Virus record (IMG/VR): IMGVR_UViG_2698536428_000019
Length of the DNA: 38,544 nucleotides
DNA from: a virus
Lineage: Duplodnaviria > Heunggongvirae > Uroviricota > Caudoviricetes
Direction: 5' to 3' (one strand)
The notes under the pieces were generated by a model. The model was not told the origin of the DNA, ran no database searches, and saw only the letters and a program-made list of their open reading frames with translations. Position 1 is the first letter of the stretch. Each line of letters opens with the position of its first letter. The position numbers were made by a program, and so were the translations under genes. This document shows, piece by piece, positions 37,141-38,544 of the stretch.

Positions 37141-37482
37141 ATGGTTATCTTGTCAATAGACTATGCAAAAAAGCTACGTCAAATACGCAAGGCTGAAGGG
37201 CTAACGCAAAAGGAATTTGCGGATATTACGGGGTTGTCTTTAGCTGCCATAAGGAACTATGAATCAGGGCAAAAAAGCGCCAGAGCCAAAATTGTTGAGA
37301 TGGTTCTCCAAGTTGATCGGTTTGAAAAATACATGATGTGGCTAATAAAAGATAAGACAATGCCTGCTGCCGGTCAGATAGCCCCGGCTCTCTCTCTTGA
37401 TGGCTCCATTCAGTCGGAGGGCGATCAGGTTTCAATCGGCATTACCCAAAAATCACCCCGATCTCGTCGCAATGCTGGCTAA
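37141..37482 (+). CDS. immunity repressor (P2 C-type)
   Basis: ...YESG.......(V/I)(M/V)..(I/L)Q...F.KY..W......(A/P)..GQIAPAL...G matches P2 C as recalled; immediately upstream of int. Confidence 0.85.
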   Translation: MVILSIDYAKKLRQIRKAEGLTQKEFADITGLSLAAIRNYESGQKSARAKIVEMVLQVDRFEKYMMWLIKDKTMPAAGQIAPALSLDGSIQSEGDQVSIGITQKSPRSRRNAG

Positions 37483-37551
37483 CGCTGTACATCGAGCGGG
37501 TTTCATCCCGTAGAGAGTGTACGGCTGATTCATCCGTTGGAGGGGCTAATC

Positions 37552-38544
37552 ATGTCGATTAAGCAACTCAAAGACGGGCGTTATAAGGTTGATGTAAGAC
37601 CGCAAGGGACGGAAGGAAAGCGGATCCGTAAGATTTTTACCCTGAAGTCAAAGGCACAGGAGTTTGAAAGGTATGTTTTGCAGAATTTCCACGATAAACC
37701 GTGGCAGGCCAAGCCAGCTGATCAGCGTCGGTTATCCGAACTGATAGATGCCTGGTGGGTGCTTGATGGCCGGAATCAGCCTTACGGGGATACTTACAGG
37801 GTCAGGCTGGAAAAAATAAACCGTGAGATGAGGGACCCCCGCGCCAGTGAGATGACGCGAAAGTTTATGCTCGGGTATCGTTCAGACAAATTACAGGCCG
37901 GATTAATGCCCTCCAGTGTTAATCGTGATTTGTGCGCCTTGTCTGCAATGTTTACCTCGCTGATTGATGCGGAGGTTTTCCATAACGAAAACCCGGTGCG
38001 TGGAATACGTAAGCTCAAGGTCAGGAATACAGAAATGGCCTTTCTTTCAGATGATGAGATTGATCGGCTGCTTGAACGACTCGAGGGGGATGCGCGTCGT
38101 GTTGCTGTTCTGTGTCTTTCCACTGGCGCAAGGTGGGGGGAAGCAGCTGGCTTACGTGGTGAGCATATCGTTGGTAACCGCGTAATGTTCTTTAACACAA
38201 AGAATGGAAAATCCCGCGCGGTTCCTGTTTCTGATACGGTGCTTTCGTTGATAAAAACCCGAAAAACCGGGCTATTGTACCAGGCTGATTACATCCGTTT
38301 TCGGGATATCCTTCAGGAGGTGAAACCGGACTTACCCAAAGGTCAGGCGACTCACGTTATGCGTCACACGTTCGCCACGCATTTCATGATGAACGGCGGA
38401 AATATCGTTACGTTACAGCGAATCCTTGGGCACGCCACGATTCAACAAACGATGACGTATGCGCATTTTTCACCGGACTTTTTACAGGATGCGATTAGCT
38501 TTAATCCGCTGGCTGATAGTGTCCATAAACTGTCCATTGACTAG
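37552..38544 (+). CDS. int: tyrosine integrase (P2 Int family)
   Basis: 330 aa from the ATG with SD ggagggg (the ORF-track start is a TTG); C-terminal HxxR...Y catalytic region (HVMRHTFATHF...MTYAHF); stop is the last codon in the window. Confidence 0.9.
   Translation: MSIKQLKDGRYKVDVRPQGTEGKRIRKIFTLKSKAQEFERYVLQNFHDKPWQAKPADQRRLSELIDAWWVLDGRNQPYGDTYRVRLEKINREMRDPRASEMTRKFMLGYRSDKLQAGLMPSSVNRDLCALSAMFTSLIDAEVFHNENPVRGIRKLKVRNTEMAFLSDDEIDRLLERLEGDARRVAVLCLSTGARWGEAAGLRGEHIVGNRVMFFNTKNGKSRAVPVSDTVLSLIKTRKTGLLYQADYIRFRDILQEVKPDLPKGQATHVMRHTFATHFMMNGGNIVTLQRILGHATIQQTMTYAHFSPDFLQDAISFNPLADSVHKLSID

Overview
The window holds the E. coli-type serS gene (1..1293) followed by an apparently complete P2-like (Peduovirus-type) myovirus prophage that fills the rest of the window. 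The prophage lies in reverse orientation: ogr and tail gene D sit next to serS, and the C repressor and integrase sit at the right edge, so attL is beyond the window. All calls come from reading the ORF translations and the DNA by eye; no searches were run. Recognisable modules are ogr/D, sheath-tube-chaperone-tape measure-U, fibre and baseplate G-H-I-J-W-V, tail completion S/R, a lysis cassette, head genes L-M-N-O, terminase P and portal Q, an early operon with replication protein A, and the C/Cox-like switch with integrase. Points that merit follow-up: (1) a visibly AT-rich gene for a membrane-anchored 167-aa protein in the old/tin position next to the cos region, preceded by a structured leader with a strong-RBS micro-ORF and an intrinsic terminator, and a second unknown gene between portal and cos; (2) the sheath-to-U block is inverted relative to canonical P2 order, with a dyad placed midway between the divergent D and sheath starts; (3) a NanS-p-like sialate O-acetylesterase cargo gene between the lysis and tail-completion genes, next to a toxin-like small membrane ORF and a candidate sRNA; (4) two tandem ~360-bp direct repeats between serS and ogr; (5) a homopolymer frameshift splitting a small gene upstream of dam; (6) an antisense membrane-protein ORF inside the early operon. 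No tRNA, rRNA, CRISPR array or IS element was recognised.
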